Origin: Utricularia gibba
Lineage: Eukaryota > Plantae > Magnoliophyta
Reading direction: 5' to 3'
Assembly (NCBI GenBank): GCA_002189035.1
Contig: CM007990.1
Location: 4,712,001 to 4,776,000, forward strand
Length of the DNA: 64,000 nt
The notes below the pieces were generated by a model. It was given only the letters and a program-made list of their open reading frames with translations, was not told where the DNA came from and ran no database searches. How positions within the stretch are numbered: the first letter of the stretch is position 1; every line of letters begins with the position of its first letter. Of this stretch, positions 61,148 through 64,000 are shown piece by piece. The position numbers and the translations under genes were made by a program.

Positions 61148-64000
61148 TCAGCACATATGGTTTCCAACAGAAGATACGAGACCAGCTTTTGCAGCCTCCA
61201 TTACTGTTCTGAAGTCAGTTTGCACATATCTCCCCCTGAAATCAAGTTGGCTTTCTAAGGCCAGTCCGAAAACTATCTTGCAGGAAGTGAAGAATGCAAA
61301 TGAAATAAAGGTACCAGAAATGAGTTCTGGACCAAGTAGCAGAAGGAAAGGCCGGACTATCCAGCCCGTGCAGTATTCTGGCAACAGCCCGTGGGGTAAA
61401 CTTCACATGAGCGTTGCTTTGTATAAAAACCTATTGCATTAAAGATAAATTTCAGCCCAATCTCATGAAACTTGTTCCACGGAGCAACAGAAGGTGGATT
61501 TAAAACATAGTACCTTTATATCTGCCAGTAAAAATGGGCTGCGGAAACAAGAACCTTCGATATAAGAACTTCATGCTGAGAGATTGGAAATTTACAGAAG
61601 GCTTAAAGAGCTAACCAGTTTTGGTCTGATGGAGCAAGAACTTCTAGATTGCCATCCTCACTGAAATACTCAAAAATTTTCCTCTGCAAACATGCGCTGT
61701 GCTTGCCATTTGGGCAATCTTCACTGCTCTTGCATAGCTTGGCAGCGAAGATTGCAGCTGTATACATAACATCTAGTTTCTGGACCTTCATTAACGAAAT
61801 TTCGTGTGATATGTGGATTAGAAACAATGGAAGTACAGGAATGATAGGAAACGGGCTACAAAAAAAAGGAAATTAAGATTACCTTACAAGTTTGCACCTC
61901 CTCTAGCCACTTGATCAGTGTAGATGCCAAAGAACAAATGTCCTTCGGCACCTCCAAAATCAAATAGCAAAAAGCGGGATCCTTCAGCTGATATGTTATC
62001 TCCCCTTGAAACTGATTCAAGATCACATCAGGCAATCTTAAAAACAACCAAAAACCGCATGCATGTCATAAGACAAGGTTACCTTTAGACTCTGCAAGTG
62101 GTTCATCAGAACTGGTAGTGGCATTTTGATTTTATTTGCTAAAGTTGGAAGATGAAAAACATAATGCCCATCCTTTATCTCGGACCTATCTTCATAAATA
62201 GCAATGAGTGTTGTTCAAGAAATAATTTCTATTCACTCGAACGTAAAAGCCAGTAATAGCTCTCACTTTCTGAGAATTTCTGCAACCACAACATCTTTTG
62301 CTGCGAGAATTGATGGTGAGGTCTGTGAACCTACAAATTAGTTCAAGATTCCAGAAAGAACAACTGTGATAGGAAAAGCTCATCTCACCTGATGGAAATT
62401 CATACAGCAAGTGGCATTCACCTCAGGAAGCATCTGAATGTATTTCACTTCACCCAATTCTAACTGTGTCAGAATGGTTAGTATAACCTACGAACCAAAA
62501 ACCCATCATCAGATGTTACGCTTCACATATAGAAGTGGAACATTCAACTTTGGGCATTCCTTTTAACTTCTCATATCATAAATCAAAAGGAAATGAGTTT
62601 TGGGGCAATTTTGGAATTTCTGCATGCTTTGGAAAATTTTTTTAAAAAAAGAATTAGTGTCTCCCACACGAAAAAGATGCAGGAAGCTGTGTGAAACACC
62701 TCTTCTCTCATATCAAATTTAAGAGATGCTGATTCTTTGATGATTGAATAAATTTCACTGGCAGGTGGTCTGCCACTCATAAAAATTTGACTGAGTAACT
62801 TGTTGACAGCATATTCATCCACTCCATCACTGAAATCAATGAATATCAAATCTAGTCAGAAACTGAAAATGCTGGATGTTAAAGATTACAAACAAAAGAC
62901 AAGATACTACCCCTCCCCTCCTCCCCCCCCAAAAAAAAAAAAAATATAGAACTGTGACTTGAATGATTGGATGGTTACCTATGCATCAAACTACGGAGCT
63001 TAATATAAGTCGCACTGTCCAATAGAAGATGGCAAAATGCTGTCCTCCCATCTCGTCCAGCCCGTCCAATTTCCTGGGGATGTTACAGTTCCAGAATTTT
63101 AAACAAAATTTCCATCAAAACCTCAAGAGGGAAGTGATGAAGAGACATTTAACCTGTACATACTCTTCCAAGCTTTCGGGTATGCTATAATGAATAACCT
63201 GAAATAAGAATTTTGAGATTAGCACCCATTAGCCTTCAATTGAAGAAAGGCGGTAAGGGGTTCTTACAGCTCCAACGTCCCTTTTATCAAGTCCCATGCC
63301 AAATGCTACAGTCGCAACAACCTGTCATGATTGAAGAAAAAACATTGTCATATAAGAATTAATGTCTTTTAGAACATAAAATAATGGCAGTTCTTGTTAC
63401 CACTCTAATCTTGTTCGCACAAAATAAATCCAGCGTACGCATTCTTTCTTTTGCTGGAAGACCACTGTGGTAGCACTACAGAAACAGCAGGAGCTCAATT
63501 TTATATCAATATGCGCATGAAAAGGTCTCATGATATAAATGCTGCAACACTACCTTCGCAGAGATGTTGTTATCACAAAGATGCTTGCTGATAGCCTCTG
63601 TGTCAGACTGCAGAACAAGAAGGAATAAAGTCATAAAAAATACAGAAGACAGCACAATGGGCCAGGAAGAATACCTGAAATTTGCAGTAAACGATGATGC
63701 TGTGAATCTCTGGGAATGGAGAAGATTTGAGAAACGCCATCAAATCCTTCATCCTGAAGCATTTTTTTTTCAAAGTTTAATAAAGTGGAAACTCATATAA
63801 CATATTACTTTTATAGTGCATCAAAATACCTATTATCACTAGTAGAAACGGATAGATGAAAATTATCCCTTAATTTAGCAGTTAGGATAAGATTTGAAGA
63901 TGGGATCTCCAAAACATTCATTATATCTTGCAGAGTTCTCTTTGTTGCAGTTGCAGTCATTGCTAGGATGCACCCTGCATTAAGCTGGCCTCGCAACAAG
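61148..64000 (-). CDS. RecQ-family DNA helicase (plant RecQl5/RECQL4-like), 5' part outside the window
   Basis: ILAMTATAT, VVATVAFGMGLDKRDVGA|VIHYSIPESLEEYVQ|EIGRAGRDG, DGVDEYAVNKLL, KFTPRAVARILHG..HFWGRY; stop at 61148-61150. Confidence 0.9.

Overview
Plant nuclear DNA, very gene-dense, probably a core eudicot. It holds about 22 spliced protein-coding genes plus one tRNA in 64 kb, and most introns are about 65-130 bp. Gene order: CONSTANS-like BBX, VARLMGL-motif protein, two tandem hybrid proline-rich proteins, LRR-only protein, NAC (VNI2/ANAC083-like), PBS1-like kinase, CC-type glutaredoxin, plastid G6PD, SPL with miR156 site, SEP3-FLC-like MADS tandem, small membrane protein, tRNA-Ser(UGA), RAMP4, LCR F-box with miR394 site, Lhca2, SCP1-like phosphatase, SPCS1, Nup54, glucosidase I (GCS1), urease and a partial RecQ helicase. 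Nine genes show an apparent -1 frameshift, each at a G/C homopolymer, which most likely reflects assembly error rather than pseudogenes. The most interesting items are: a miniaturised SEP3-FLC tandem (FLC intron 1 only 537 bp with CArG, GA-repeat and G4 motifs, a promoter under 200 bp, and an antisense-pointing TATA downstream); a PBS1-like kinase with GDQ replacing the AvrPphB GDK cleavage site; and an LTR remnant that seems to form a gene's 3' UTR. No prokaryote-type systems such as CRISPR were seen. Family names come from recalled motifs, not database searches, and the species cannot be determined from the sequence.
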